Below, in pieces: positions 38,517 through 48,594 of a stretch of 64,000 nucleotides of DNA (position 1 is the stretch's first letter; each line of letters begins with the position of its first letter). A model generated the notes under the pieces. It worked only from the letters and a program-made list of their open reading frames with translations. It was not told the DNA's origin and searched no databases. A program made the translations under genes and the position numbers. This stretch comes from an uncultured Oscillospiraceae bacterium (GTDB taxonomy: Bacteria; Bacillota; Clostridia; Christensenellales; CAG-314): positions 138,954 through 202,953 of the forward strand of contig CAZNZO010000001.1 in the NCBI GenBank assembly GCA_964577535.1, written 5' to 3'.

Positions 38517-39836
38517 TTATTGTTCGGTGGGATCATCCGGCGTGCAAATGACAGCAACAGCCTGCGATTGCACTGTTTCGCCCGCAGTGCCACCATCCGG
38601 CGGCGCTTGAACGGCGGAAGTGTCGGAACTATCCTCCACAACGTCCACTTGCGAAAGTCCGTTTGCGGCCGCTTTTGCACGGCGTTGACGAACAATGTTG
38701 CGAACAAAGTTGAAAATGGTGATACCCACACCAATGATGATATACAAATAGTACACGGCAAAACGCCAGGTGAACACAACCCAAGTGAGGGTGGCGCCGG
38801 CCATGGAGGAAAATGCCATTGTCAGCAAACCTTCCAACGCACCGCTGTTGCCGGGTGTGGGCACTACCGATGCGGAAAATGCCGCATAGGCGTTTAGCGC
38901 CATAACTTCGAACATGGTTGCAAAACCTGCATCTGCCGAAAAACCGTTTAGCATTTTTATGATGAAATAGGGCAAGGCAAATGTCAAAGACAAATCGATT
39001 AGGCAGGCAAGGGAAACAAGCACCAAATGCACAGGGCGACGTCCCATGATGATGAATGCGGAACGGAAGTCGTTGACGATGCCTTCGGCACGCGCCAAAA
39101 CTTTTTCTTCGTCCTTAACAAACCTCATTTGGTGGCCGATATGCACCACGCCGCGAGCCAATTTGCGTGCGAATTTGGGCATAAGAACGAATGTCAAAAT
39201 GAAAACTGGAACAAGGCTGTTAATTCCCCAACCTATCCAACCGGCAATTAGCAAAAGGCTGCCGTTTTCCACGCTGCTTAGCACACCTGTGTTGCAAGCC
39301 ATGCACACCAATGCAATCAAAAGCCACGCCGTTGTGTTGAAGGCGTATTTTATCATGATAACCGCGCTGGAATGTCCACCGCTATACCCTTTTTTGCACA
39401 AATAGTAAATTTGCATGGGCTGACCGCCGGTGGCAAACGGGGTGATATTGTCGTAGTAGCGTCCCAAAAGCGAAACTTTTAGGCTGGTTAGCGGACGAAT
39501 CTTTTTTGTTGTTGCATGCAAAATGATGGAATACTTTGCGCTATCCAAAAAGATTATTGAAAAAAGCACGCCAACGGCAATAATCGCGTTGGTGGGCACA
39601 ATGGCAGAAAACACTTCGTAGAAGCTTTTTTGTTCGCCACCCATGTTGGACGACATTTCAAGTATAAGGTATACGCCAATGCCAATTGCAATTAGCAACA
39701 CAAGCGGCATTATCCAACCTGTTTTTTTCTTTTTTACCTGTGGTTGAGGCACTTCCTTGTTTTTGAAGTTTTCTATTGCATATTCCAACTTCTGTTGACG
39801 GGAAGTATCAACGTTTTGGGCTTTGTTTTCTTTCAC
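38517..39836 (-). CDS. LPG-synthase-TM / flippase-like polytopic membrane protein
   Basis: About 8 TM helices. LLGRYYDNITPFATGGQPMQIYY is typical of the UPF0104 / flippase-like family. Hydrophilic tails at both ends. Confidence 0.7.
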   Translation of the reverse strand: MKENKAQNVDTSRQQKLEYAIENFKNKEVPQPQVKKKKTGWIMPLVLLIAIGIGVYLILEMSSNMGGEQKSFYEVFSAIVPTNAIIAVGVLFSIIFLDSAKYSIILHATTKKIRPLTSLKVSLLGRYYDNITPFATGGQPMQIYYLCKKGYSGGHSSAVIMIKYAFNTTAWLLIALVCMACNTGVLSSVENGSLLLIAGWIGWGINSLVPVFILTFVLMPKFARKLARGVVHIGHQMRFVKDEEKVLARAEGIVNDFRSAFIIMGRRPVHLVLVSLACLIDLSLTFALPYFIIKMLNGFSADAGFATMFEVMALNAYAAFSASVVPTPGNSGALEGLLTMAFSSMAGATLTWVVFTWRFAVYYLYIIIGVGITIFNFVRNIVRQRRAKAAANGLSQVDVVEDSSDTSAVQAPPDGGTAGETVQSQAVAVICTPDDPTEQ

Positions 39837-39847
39837 TGTTAACTCCG

Positions 39848-41083
39848 TTAGTGATTTTTGTTGTTTATTAGCTGTTCATATACGGCAACACTTCTGTTGA
39901 CAATTTCCGTCCATCCAACACTAAGATCGCGCAGGGCGTTTTCGGAAACTTGTTGCAAAGTGCCGCTTTGAATAATGTTGCAAACGCCTTCGGCATATTG
40001 CTGCGCATCATATGGCAAAACGTAGCCATTGACGCCATCGGTCACAGTGCAACTTGTTACGCTGCCTTGCGCAAACACCGTGGGTGTTTTGTAGGTGGCG
40101 GCTTCCATTTGCACAATGCTGGAAACGTCGTATTTGCTGGGGAACAAGAACAAATCGGCGCCGGCATAGTAGCAGGCCAATTCGTCCCTACCGGAAAGAT
40201 TGCCGGTGAAAGTTACTTGCTCCGTCAAGCCAAGCGAACGTATTTTGTTTTTTAGACGGGTGGCATCCGGACCGTCGCCAATGAAATACATGTGAAAATT
40301 CACGCCGTTGCTTTTGATTTTTGCCAAAGCATCGGCAATGAGGAACACGCCTTTTTGCGAGATTATTCTGCCAACGAAAATAAACATTAATTTGTTTTGC
40401 ACGTTGTGCTCTGTGCGGAACTTGTCGCGCATGGTCTGATAATCCTCGAAAGGCTTCATATCCGTTCCGTTGGGCATAAGGCGACAAACGCCTTTGAACC
40501 CATAGGAAAACAACGTTTCTCTGCTTGCAGAGTGCATTGTCCACGTTTCGTCGGAATCTCGAAAAACCTTCATTATTATGCTCAAACCAAAGTTGGTTAG
40601 CACCTTGCTTTTGGTTGCGCGCATAAAATCTTGTTTGAATTGGCTATGGAATGTGGTTACCATGGGCACTTTGCATTTTTTGTGCAATCGGCGCATCAGC
40701 AGACCGCACAAAAAGGGCGAATGACAATGGATAAGATCTATTCTTAACTTTTTTAGCCAACGCCGCAGTTGCAAATCGAAATGCGGCAAAGCAAATTGAT
40801 ATTTTATCTTTTTTAGATAGATACTTCTGGTGGACAAAACGGGAGCATCGTGAATGTAGACGGTGCTGTGAAAAGTGGGACACAACACCACCACGTTATA
40901 CTCCGGATGATTTTCGCGCAGTTGCTTTACGCAACTGGACAAAACGTTCCACACGCCGTCCACGATAGGATATGCACTGTCGCAAACAAACAGTAACGTC
41001 TTTTTTCCGTTGTTGTTATATTCCTCTATGAAATTTTCCACGTACTTTCGGTATTCCGGAGAATTCCTTTTGTATGTTATCAT
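39848..41083 (-). CDS. GT4-family glycosyltransferase (glycolipid synthase-like)
   Basis: GT-B fold motifs FVGRI..KG, GDGPD, and FPS.YD..S.V.MEA. Start at 41083 (AGGTG Shine-Dalgarno). Confidence 0.8.
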   Translation of the reverse strand: MITYKRNSPEYRKYVENFIEEYNNNGKKTLLFVCDSAYPIVDGVWNVLSSCVKQLRENHPEYNVVVLCPTFHSTVYIHDAPVLSTRSIYLKKIKYQFALPHFDLQLRRWLKKLRIDLIHCHSPFLCGLLMRRLHKKCKVPMVTTFHSQFKQDFMRATKSKVLTNFGLSIIMKVFRDSDETWTMHSASRETLFSYGFKGVCRLMPNGTDMKPFEDYQTMRDKFRTEHNVQNKLMFIFVGRIISQKGVFLIADALAKIKSNGVNFHMYFIGDGPDATRLKNKIRSLGLTEQVTFTGNLSGRDELACYYAGADLFLFPSKYDVSSIVQMEAATYKTPTVFAQGSVTSCTVTDGVNGYVLPYDAQQYAEGVCNIIQSGTLQQVSENALRDLSVGWTEIVNRSVAVYEQLINNKNH

Positions 41084-41387
41084 TTCACACCTATATTCTT
41101 TGTTATAGCACTTTTTTGTTAAAGCACGCTGAAACAAACTGCTGCCGGCATTGCTTGCACCATCGCTTGACAAAACCAACTTTCCCGAATAATGCATAAA
41201 CTGCCAGTATACTAGTCTATTTCATTTTGATTATATCACCATTTTTTTCAAATGTAAATTGAATAGGGCCACAAAAAGCGTACAGTTGCGGACTGTTTGT
41301 TGATATTTTTGCCGTGCAAGGCATTTGCGCCATATAATTGACTTATTTGCCGTTTACTGCTACAATAATTTTAGTGAGGTAGAAAAA

Positions 41388-42410
41388 ATGATTAAAGTAG
41401 TTGTAGATGCATACGGCGGAGACAACAGCCCCAAAGTTAACGTTGTGGGCGCTATCGCCGCACTAAACGAAATAAAGGATTTGCAAATTGTCTTGGTTGG
41501 CAACCAACCCACATTGGAAGCGTTGCTGGCCGAAGAAAAATATGATCAAACGCGTTTGAGCATTGTTCATGCGCCAGACGTTATCACTTGCAACGACAAG
41601 CCGACGGATGCTATCCGCACAAAGAAGGATAGTTCCATGGCAAAGTCTTTTGAAATTATGCGCACCGACAAAGAAGCGCGCGCAATGGTTAGCCTTGGCT
41701 CTTCCGGAGCATTGCTTGCCGGCGCAGTTTTGAGGGTGGGCCGCATTCGCGGAGTGAAAAGACCGGCATTTTGCCCCATTCTTCCCACAATGGCAGGCAG
41801 TTTGGTGGGCATTTGCGACAGCGGCGCCAACGTCGACTGCGAACCGCAATATTTGCAACAATTTGCCGTTATGGGCAGCATGTATTTGCAAAAGGCATAC
41901 GGCGTGAAAAATCCCAAAGTTGCGTTGCTTAACGTGGGCGTGGAAGAAGAAAAGGGCGATATGCTTTCTAAGGAGGCTTTCAAACTGCTAGAAAACTCGT
42001 CTGGCATCAACTTCGTGGGCAACATGGAAAGCAGAAACTTGCTTTCTGGCGAATTCGATTTGGTTGTTTGCGACGGATTTGCAGGCAATGTGTTGCTAAA
42101 ATCCACCGAAGGCGCCTGCACGCTGCTTATGAAAACGCTCAAAAAATCTTTGATGGGCACGTTGCGTTCCAAAATTGGCGCATTGCTTGTTAAGAAGCAA
42201 CTATACAAAGTTAAAGATTTGATGGATGTTGGCAACTACGGCGGGGCGGTTATTTTGGGAACAACCAAAACAATAGTTAAAGGCCACGGCAACAGCGAAG
42301 CCAAGGCAGTTTATAACTGCATTAAGCAAGCATACAACATGGAAAACAACAATTTGTGTCAATCCATTGGCGAAGAAATTGCTAAACTTGCAACGCCCGT
42401 TGCAGAATAA
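41388..42410 (+). CDS. plsX: Phosphate acyltransferase PlsX
   Basis: MIKVVVDAYGGDNSP...GFAGNVLLKSTEG. Start at 41388 (GTGAGG Shine-Dalgarno). Confidence 0.92.
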   Translation: MIKVVVDAYGGDNSPKVNVVGAIAALNEIKDLQIVLVGNQPTLEALLAEEKYDQTRLSIVHAPDVITCNDKPTDAIRTKKDSSMAKSFEIMRTDKEARAMVSLGSSGALLAGAVLRVGRIRGVKRPAFCPILPTMAGSLVGICDSGANVDCEPQYLQQFAVMGSMYLQKAYGVKNPKVALLNVGVEEEKGDMLSKEAFKLLENSSGINFVGNMESRNLLSGEFDLVVCDGFAGNVLLKSTEGACTLLMKTLKKSLMGTLRSKIGALLVKKQLYKVKDLMDVGNYGGAVILGTTKTIVKGHGNSEAKAVYNCIKQAYNMENNNLCQSIGEEIAKLATPVAE

Positions 42411-42420
42411 CAACACAACT

Positions 42421-42449
42421 GCGAGTTGCTTTGCGGCTCGCTTTTTTTG
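42421..42449 (+). terminator. Terminator of plsX
   Basis: GCGAG-loop-CTCGC followed by seven T. Confidence 0.55.
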
Positions 42450-42451
42450 CG

Positions 42452-42487
42452 CAAAAAAGTCGAAGACGTTTCTTCGACTTTTCTTTT
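42452..42487 (-). terminator. Terminator of the YjbR-like gene
   Basis: GTCGAAGA-CGTT-TCTTCGAC, flanked by an A-run and a T-run. Confidence 0.6.
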
Positions 42488-42496
42488 GTGCAACGT

Positions 42497-42820
42497 TTAT
42501 TCAGTTAGTTTGTAGCTATCGGCCAGCCACGAAACAATTAGTTCGTCTTCCAAAGAGCCATCCAGCACCACCGTTACCCAATGGGTTTTGTTCATGTGAT
42601 AGGCAGGAACAACCGCCGCATAGTGTTGCCGCAAGTAGCACCCCACTTCCGGCAAAACCTTTATGTTCATTTGCACGCCGTTGCCATGCCGATAGATAAA
42701 GGCAAAACTCTTTTTGTTGTGCAGGTGGCGCATGGCCGTCCAGTTGTCGTCAAAGGGATAGTCTTCGTAGACGCCGTCAAATTGCAAACACGCCGCAATT
42801 GCTTGTTTCCTTTCCGTCAT
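42497..42820 (-). CDS. MmcQ/YjbR family protein
   Basis: YEDYPFDDNWTAMRH...KSFAFIY...MNKTHWVTV. Confidence 0.8.
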   Translation of the reverse strand: MTERKQAIAACLQFDGVYEDYPFDDNWTAMRHLHNKKSFAFIYRHGNGVQMNIKVLPEVGCYLRQHYAAVVPAYHMNKTHWVTVVLDGSLEDELIVSWLADSYKLTE

Positions 42821-43038
42821 ACGTTTTCTCCTTCACGGTGTTTGTAGCGCCCCTAAAAGGCTCAAAACTGCCGTTTTTCTTTTGTTTTTTGTTGCTTGCG
42901 CAAAGTGCCGTTTTGCAAATTTATTCTGTCTGTGTGCGTTCGGCACGCCATGTTCCATTGTTCCTATTGCACCCTTTTGCGGTTTTGCAAAATTACGCTC
43001 TTTGCCTTGAAAAAAACGAAAAACCGTTTTGAACAAAG

Positions 43039-43668
43039 TTATTCGCCGTCAAAATCCTCTACCGTGCGGAAGCTTCTAACAACGTTATTGACAACGTCGA
43101 AATCGTAGCCACGCCCCAACAAGTAGCGTTGCAGACGTTGCAAGTTTTTTAGGTCGACAGCTTTTTGGCGCATATATTTGGCGGCCAATGCTTTTGCCGC
43201 ATCCAGCGCTTGCTGGCCTTCCAAAACGGAAAAGGTTTCGGCCGTTTCGCGCGCAATTCCCTTTTGTTGCAGTTCCTGACGCAACCTGCGGCTGCCCTTG
43301 GTTTTGCCGTTTTGTTCCACAAACAACTTGGCGTATTGTTCGTCGTCTAGATACCTATATTCTTTTAGTTTTTGCACAACGTATTGCGCAACTTCCGGCG
43401 AAAAACCCTTTTTTGCAAGGTAGTCGCTAATTTGCTTGACGGTTTTCATGCCACGCGCCAAGTAGTCCATGGCTTTTTCGAAGGCAACGCTTTTTTCACT
43501 GTCGAAAATGGCTTCTTGCAACTTTTCGTCGGATACTTCTTGCCCTATTTTTAGCCCCAACTTCATGACGGTGATCATTTCCACACCGAAAGCAAACTCG
43601 CCGTCCAAATACAAGTTGGCGCGCGTTTTGTTGTTTTTTTGAATTTTTAGATCGGTTATCTTTGGCAT
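43039..43668 (-). CDS. recX: RecA regulator RecX
   Basis: Three-repeat helical protein: RANLYLDGEFAF...YLARGMKTVKQISDYLAKKGF...YLDDEQYAKLFV. Confidence 0.85.
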   Translation of the reverse strand: MPKITDLKIQKNNKTRANLYLDGEFAFGVEMITVMKLGLKIGQEVSDEKLQEAIFDSEKSVAFEKAMDYLARGMKTVKQISDYLAKKGFSPEVAQYVVQKLKEYRYLDDEQYAKLFVEQNGKTKGSRRLRQELQQKGIARETAETFSVLEGQQALDAAKALAAKYMRQKAVDLKNLQRLQRYLLGRGYDFDVVNNVVRSFRTVEDFDGE

Positions 43669-43713
43669 ATGCCCATTATACCACCTTTTTGCGTTTTACA
43701 CAACGGCAAAATT

Positions 43714-44097
43714 CTAGGAATGCAAACGGCGGTATTTTTCCACCGCCTCACGGTATTTTGCCGCCAAACGCGAAACGTAAATTTGCTTTTCGCGCGGAGA
43801 CAAAGTTTGCATATACGCTTGGTCGGCAAGGCGCATTATGGGGTTGCTAACAACCTCGTTGCTATTCAAAATTGCCACCACCTTTGCAAAGAAATCCTGC
43901 TCTTCGCAAAAGCCGTCGTAATCGTATATTTGCCGTTGCAGTTTTTGGCGCTGTTCTTCGCACACCTGACGTTGGTTTAGTCCAAGCGTTGCCGCAACTT
44001 GTTTTTCGTGCGCCAAATTGTTTTTTGCGTTTTCCCAAAAACCATTTTTAAGACGGTCCTTTGCTTGCTTAGCATATTGTTTGAACGACTCGTTCAT
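43714..44097 (-). CDS. Hypothetical helical protein (127 aa)
   Basis: Intact ORF with GGAGG Shine-Dalgarno. I recognise no family. Confidence 0.5.
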   Translation of the reverse strand: MNESFKQYAKQAKDRLKNGFWENAKNNLAHEKQVAATLGLNQRQVCEEQRQKLQRQIYDYDGFCEEQDFFAKVVAILNSNEVVSNPIMRLADQAYMQTLSPREKQIYVSRLAAKYREAVEKYRRLHS

Positions 44098-44151
44098 CAG
44101 TTGACCTCCACAAAACAGACGAATTTTTATGCAATTTGTCGAAAAATCGCC

Positions 44152-44192
44152 GTAAAAAACAAATTGCCTACCGAAACAATTCGGTAAGCAAT
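44152..44192 (-). terminator. Terminator of rpsU
   Basis: 12-bp stem TTGCTTACCGAA/TTCGGTAGGCAA followed by TTTGTTTTTT. Confidence 0.65.
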
Positions 44193-44217
44193 TTTCTCTT
44201 TTGTGAAAGTCCAGCCA

Positions 44218-44394
44218 CTACATCTTGCTGCGTTTTCTTGCAGCTTCTGCTTTTTTCTTACGTCTTACGCTGGGTTTTTCGTATTGTTCCTTTTTGCGCA
44301 GATCACCAATGATACCGTCGCGAGAACAACGTCTTTTGAAACGACGCAATGCACTGTCCAACGTTTCGTTTTCACCAACTTTGATTGTTGCCAT
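44218..44394 (-). CDS. rpsU: 30S ribosomal protein S21 (58 aa, absent from the ORF track)
   Basis: My own translation: [65 protein letters not shown] Shine-Dalgarno. Confidence 0.9.
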   Translation of the reverse strand: MATIKVGENETLDSALRRFKRRCSRDGIIGDLRKKEQYEKPSVRRKKKAEAARKRSKM

Positions 44395-44441
44395 TATTTT
44401 CGCCCCCTTTCCCGCATCACAGGTAGAATTCGTACTTGCTT

Positions 44442-44487
44442 ATTATGCCATATCGGCAAAAGATTGTCAATAAAAAACGACAATCTT
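44442..44487 (-). promoter_or_regulatory. Promoter of rpsU overlapped by a perfect 9-bp inverted repeat
   Basis: Minus strand: TTGACA, 17-nt spacer, TGgCATAAT. AAGATTGTC (44460-44468) pairs with GACAATCTT (44479-44487), and this repeat spans the -35 element. Confidence 0.55.
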
Positions 44488-44532
44488 TCAAAATTTTTGC
44501 CGCCCTTTGCACCTGCCCCAAAGCAGCACCCA

Positions 44533-44566
44533 GCAAAAAGGCGAAGCCCAACGAAGGGCTCCGCCA
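44533..44566 (-). terminator. Terminator of the pullulanase gene
   Basis: GGCGGAGCCC-loop-GGGCTTCGCC followed by TTTTT on the minus strand. Confidence 0.6.
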
Positions 44567-44577
44567 AAAGTTTGCTG

Positions 44578-47340
44578 TTAATTCAACGTTTTGTAGGCAA
44601 TGATGGTTTGATACTTTTGCATTGTGGTGGATGCAGAAAGAACCGTTGCCGTGTTTTGACCAGCGTTGAGGGTATCCAAATACAACGTGTAGCCGCTGAA
44701 ATCGACGTTTACAACGTTGCTAAGGCCGCTGTTAACTTTCTTGTTAACCGTGCCGTTTGCGTGAACAATGCGGTATTGCAAGCCGTTTTTGGCATCTGTC
44801 ACGTCAATTTGAATTGCACTGCCACCTTCGAGCAAAGTAACAACGTAGTTGGCAGCAATTTCGCTTTGTTCCAATTGAACGCCGCTGCAAGTGGTTTTGA
44901 AAGCTATCAATTTTTGGTAAATGCTGAACACGTCGGCATTTTTAACTTTCAAAGCATAATCCAATTCGTTCACTTTGTAGCTGGATTGATAGGAATTGTG
45001 CACTTCGTCTGCTGTTGCACCGTCCACGTTCTTGGTGCGCAAAAATTCTTCGCCGGCAAGCATAAACGTTGTGCCGTTGGAAGTGAACACCACCGAGTTT
45101 GCAAGCACTGCCATTTGCTTTATTGTTGGTTCGTCTTTTACAACGCCCGTTGCAATAATGCGGTCGTACAATGTGTAGTTGTCGTGGCAAGTGACGTAGT
45201 TGACGGTTGTGTTGGGGTTGACAATGCTATAGTTTGTTTCGCCCTTCAAGCCGTGTTCGATGCTGCCAATGTCGCCGCCGGAAACGTTGATTCTGTTGGT
45301 GATCCAACCCGTTTCAGCAGCGCCCTTCATACCGCCCTTGATAAGAGCATCGCGCATTTGGTCGTTGAATTGTCCGTAGCCGTTAAACTTGCTTGCATTG
45401 GCTTGGTTTGCCTTATCCGATTCGGGCAAGGGGGAAGATCCACCCGTCCAAGGTTCGCCGTAAACAACAATGTTGGGATTGATTTCTTGCAAAGCATCCA
45501 CCAACAATTCCATTGTTTCCATATCGTGCAAAGCCATAAGGTCAAAACGGAATCCGCCAAGTTTATATTCCTTTGCCAAGAAGCAAACGGAATCGATCAT
45601 GAACTTACGGAACATTGCGCGTTCGCTGGCCGTTTCGTTGCCGCAACCGGAACCGTTGGAAAGTTTGCCGTTGGTATAACGGAAGTAGTAGCCGGGCATC
45701 AAAACGTCGAAGTTGGATCCTGCCGCACTGCTAACGTGGTTGTACACAACGTCCATAATAACGTTGATATCGGCGCCGTTGAAGGCTTGAACAAGTTGTT
45801 TGAATTCTCTTATGCGAACGTATCCGTCGGTAGCATCGGTGGAATAGCCGCCTTCCAACACGTTGTAGTTCAAGGGGTTGTAGCCCCAGTTGAATTTGAT
45901 TTGGCTTTCGTCGTTGGCTTGGTCGAACACGGGCACAAGTTGAATTGCGTTGATGCCCAGTTCTTTTATGTGGTCGAAACCGGTTTTAACCGTCACGCCG
46001 TTTTGTGTGTAGGTTGTGCCGCCTTCCACAACACCAAGGAATTTTTTGCGATAGCTTTCCGTTCCCGTCCAGGTTGCGGAAGACGTTACGTCGGCAACGT
46101 GTGTTTCCCAAACGACAAGTTCTTTGCGGTCGTATGCAATGGGCGAAACGCTATCCCATTCGTCGGGGTTGGTTTTGGAAAAATCAACAATCATGCCGCG
46201 AACGCCGCTTAGGCCTGCGCTTTTAGCATATGGGTCGACAATTTCCGCACCGTTGGGATAGTAGCCGTTGTAGACGGTGTAGGTATAGTATTGGCCGGCC
46301 AAATTGCCGCTGACGGTTGTTTCCCACACGCCCTTTTCGCCCTTTACCATTTCGTGCGATACGGGTGTTTCCTTTTGGTGACCTGTTTCGTAGAGGTTGA
46401 GGGTTATTCTGGAAGATACGGGAGACCAAACGCGGAAAGTTGTTTGATCGGCCGCATAGATGGCACCAAGTTCGCCTTCGAATGTGTAGTTTTGGGCAAA
46501 CTCGGCCGAGTCGTAGCTGTCGATGTAGGCGCCAATCATGTTGACGGAAAGAGTTGTTTCGTAGTTATCGGCGAAAACAAGTTTAACTTTGTAGTTGCCG
46601 CTGATGTTCAACACGGTGTCGCCACCAAAAGTCAAAACGTATTTTTGAGGGTTTTCCGCATTGACGTTTTCTTCACGAACAAGGTTGTTGTCGCAATAAA
46701 CGTATACTTTGGACAACGCAGAAACGGCGCTAACCGTCAATGCCGTGCCACTCATTTCTGCCGTTGCGGCATATTGAATTGTGTCTAGACCCTTATACAA
46801 GTTTACGTCTCCTTGAACCAAATAAATGTGGATGTAGTTGTTTTCATCGACAGTGCAGTCGGACAAATTGAGCATTCTGTCTGCATCTACGTCCTTTGCG
46901 GCCCAGCTATCGCCACCCTTGCGAGGAATGATGCCGATTGTGTCGGATGTGGTTGCTTCGCTGAAATCGGAAATGGGATAGAGCGCAATTGTGCCGTAGT
47001 CATCGCGATAGTTAAATGCAAATGCTGCACCGTTGCCACCTTGCTTCCAAATCCAATAGTCCCAATCGCCATAGTCGCCGTTGGGGCGTTGATAGTGCAA
47101 CACCAACGTGGGCGTTTCGGCGCGTTCGGGCACGTTTGTGGGAAGCGCGTCAAAATCGAAATCAGGCGTGGGGTCGGGTGTGGGATCCGGCGTGGGTTGC
47201 ACGTAGTTGGGATCTCTGTCGCCGCACTTGGTGCAAACGCCGTTCACAAAGTTGTGTTCACATTCTTCTTGACATGCGGCCAATACAAGGCTTAGCGCCA
47301 GCAAGGCCACCAAAAGAATTAGTATAATTTTCTTTTTCAT
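44578..47340 (-). CDS. pulA: Type I pullulanase (GH13), lipoprotein
   Basis: Lipobox LVLAAC, pullulanase motif FNWGYNP, and GH13 regions YNHV, GFRFDLM, YGEPW and VTCHDN. Confidence 0.9.
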   Translation of the reverse strand: MKKKIILILLVALLALSLVLAACQEECEHNFVNGVCTKCGDRDPNYVQPTPDPTPDPTPDFDFDALPTNVPERAETPTLVLHYQRPNGDYGDWDYWIWKQGGNGAAFAFNYRDDYGTIALYPISDFSEATTSDTIGIIPRKGGDSWAAKDVDADRMLNLSDCTVDENNYIHIYLVQGDVNLYKGLDTIQYAATAEMSGTALTVSAVSALSKVYVYCDNNLVREENVNAENPQKYVLTFGGDTVLNISGNYKVKLVFADNYETTLSVNMIGAYIDSYDSAEFAQNYTFEGELGAIYAADQTTFRVWSPVSSRITLNLYETGHQKETPVSHEMVKGEKGVWETTVSGNLAGQYYTYTVYNGYYPNGAEIVDPYAKSAGLSGVRGMIVDFSKTNPDEWDSVSPIAYDRKELVVWETHVADVTSSATWTGTESYRKKFLGVVEGGTTYTQNGVTVKTGFDHIKELGINAIQLVPVFDQANDESQIKFNWGYNPLNYNVLEGGYSTDATDGYVRIREFKQLVQAFNGADINVIMDVVYNHVSSAAGSNFDVLMPGYYFRYTNGKLSNGSGCGNETASERAMFRKFMIDSVCFLAKEYKLGGFRFDLMALHDMETMELLVDALQEINPNIVVYGEPWTGGSSPLPESDKANQANASKFNGYGQFNDQMRDALIKGGMKGAAETGWITNRINVSGGDIGSIEHGLKGETNYSIVNPNTTVNYVTCHDNYTLYDRIIATGVVKDEPTIKQMAVLANSVVFTSNGTTFMLAGEEFLRTKNVDGATADEVHNSYQSSYKVNELDYALKVKNADVFSIYQKLIAFKTTCSGVQLEQSEIAANYVVTLLEGGSAIQIDVTDAKNGLQYRIVHANGTVNKKVNSGLSNVVNVDFSGYTLYLDTLNAGQNTATVLSASTTMQKYQTIIAYKTLN

Positions 47341-47376
47341 ATAGTCTCCTTTGGGACATTTTTTTGTTGCTAGACG

Positions 47377-47405
47377 ATTATACCATTGTTTTGTAAATAA
47401 TACAA
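47377..47405 (-). promoter_or_regulatory. Extended -10 promoter of pulA with an overlapping 15-bp palindrome
   Basis: Minus strand: TTGTAT, 17-nt spacer, TGgTATAAT. The palindrome TTGTA-TTATT-TACAA (47391-47405) covers the -35 region. Confidence 0.45.
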
Positions 47406-47559
47406 GCCGTTTTTAACAAATCCCCCGCGCGAAAGTTGTTGACAAAGAACACACGACTGGCACAAACACAACCATGGCACGGCTAGTAGCAATTTGCACT
47501 TTCAAAACAAGCAATCGTCCGTTATTTTGGATAACGATAACAAAATTTGAAAACAAAAT

Positions 47560-47596
47560 AGAAAAAAAATCCCAAAGCCATTGCTTTGGGATTTTT
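47560..47596 (-). terminator. Terminator of rplL
   Basis: AATCCCAAAGC-loop-CTTTGGGATT followed by an 8-U run on the minus strand. Confidence 0.7.
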
Positions 47597-47613
47597 GAGT
47601 TTTACTGAAAAAA

Positions 47614-47982
47614 TTACTTAAGTTCAGCTTCTGCGCCTGCATCGGTAAGAGCCTTAACGATGTTGTCAGCGGTTTCTTTGGGTTGAGCTTCTTTGATTGT
47701 AGCGGGAGCGCTTTCAACCAAGTTTTTAGCTTCAACAAGACCAAGACCGGTGAGTTCACGAACAGCCTTGATAACAGCAATTTTGTTGGAACCGATGGAT
47801 TTCAACACTACGTCGAATTCCGTCTTTTCTTCAACAACGGGAGCAGCTGCAGCTGCGCCACCAGCAACTGCGATAGGAGCTGCTGCGCTTACGCCGAATT
47901 CTTCTTCGATTGCATGAACGAGTTCGTTCAATTCCAAAACAGAGAGAGTTTTGATCTCTTCAATAAACTTTTTCGTATCCAT
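47614..47982 (-). CDS. rplL: 50S ribosomal protein L7/L12
   Basis: Ala-rich hinge and the C-terminal domain [20 protein letters not shown]. Confidence 0.95.
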   Translation of the reverse strand: MDTKKFIEEIKTLSVLELNELVHAIEEEFGVSAAAPIAVAGGAAAAAPVVEEKTEFDVVLKSIGSNKIAVIKAVRELTGLGLVEAKNLVESAPATIKEAQPKETADNIVKALTDAGAEAELK

Positions 47983-48078
47983 TTTTAATTTCTCCTTAAA
48001 TTATTTAGTGTCGGGGGCTACCCGAATCGGCTTATGCCGCAAATTGCCTTTTGGGGAGGCTACCCTTGTGCCAAACTG

Positions 48079-48594
48079 TTATTGTTTTTGTTCGGCAACA
48101 GCGTTCAAAGCAACGGCCAATCCGCGCATGGGCGCAGACAATACGGAAACCAACATTGCAAGCAAAGTTTCTCTGTTGGGTACCTTGGACATTGCGTCTA
48201 CAACGTTCGCATCGGCAAAAGCCTTGTCGAACATACCGCACTTAATTTGCAAAGATTTGAATTTTTTGCAACCTTCAGCGGCCACCTTTGCAGGTGCAAG
48301 AGCATCTTCGGTGCCAAACGCAAATGCGCTGGGTCCGTTCAATGCTTCGTCAAATTCCGTATAACCAAGTTCGTTAAGAGCTTTTCTTACCAAGGTGTTT
48401 TTCAACACTTTGTATTCTACTCCGTTCTTTCTGAATTCGGTGCGGAATTCCGTGTCTTGGGCAACTGTGAGTCCTTTATAGTCCAAAATTACAAAAGATT
48501 GACTATCTTGAATTTTTGTTTTGATTTGTTCAACAAGTTCTCTCTTTTCAACTTGGGCAGCACTCAAATGTCCTTGATGACGTTCGTGTTCCAT
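48079..48594 (-). CDS. rplJ: 50S ribosomal protein L10
   Basis: SFVILDYKGLTVAQDTEFR. Start at 48594 behind AAAGGAGG. Confidence 0.92.
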   Translation of the reverse strand: MEHERHQGHLSAAQVEKRELVEQIKTKIQDSQSFVILDYKGLTVAQDTEFRTEFRKNGVEYKVLKNTLVRKALNELGYTEFDEALNGPSAFAFGTEDALAPAKVAAEGCKKFKSLQIKCGMFDKAFADANVVDAMSKVPNRETLLAMLVSVLSAPMRGLAVALNAVAEQKQ

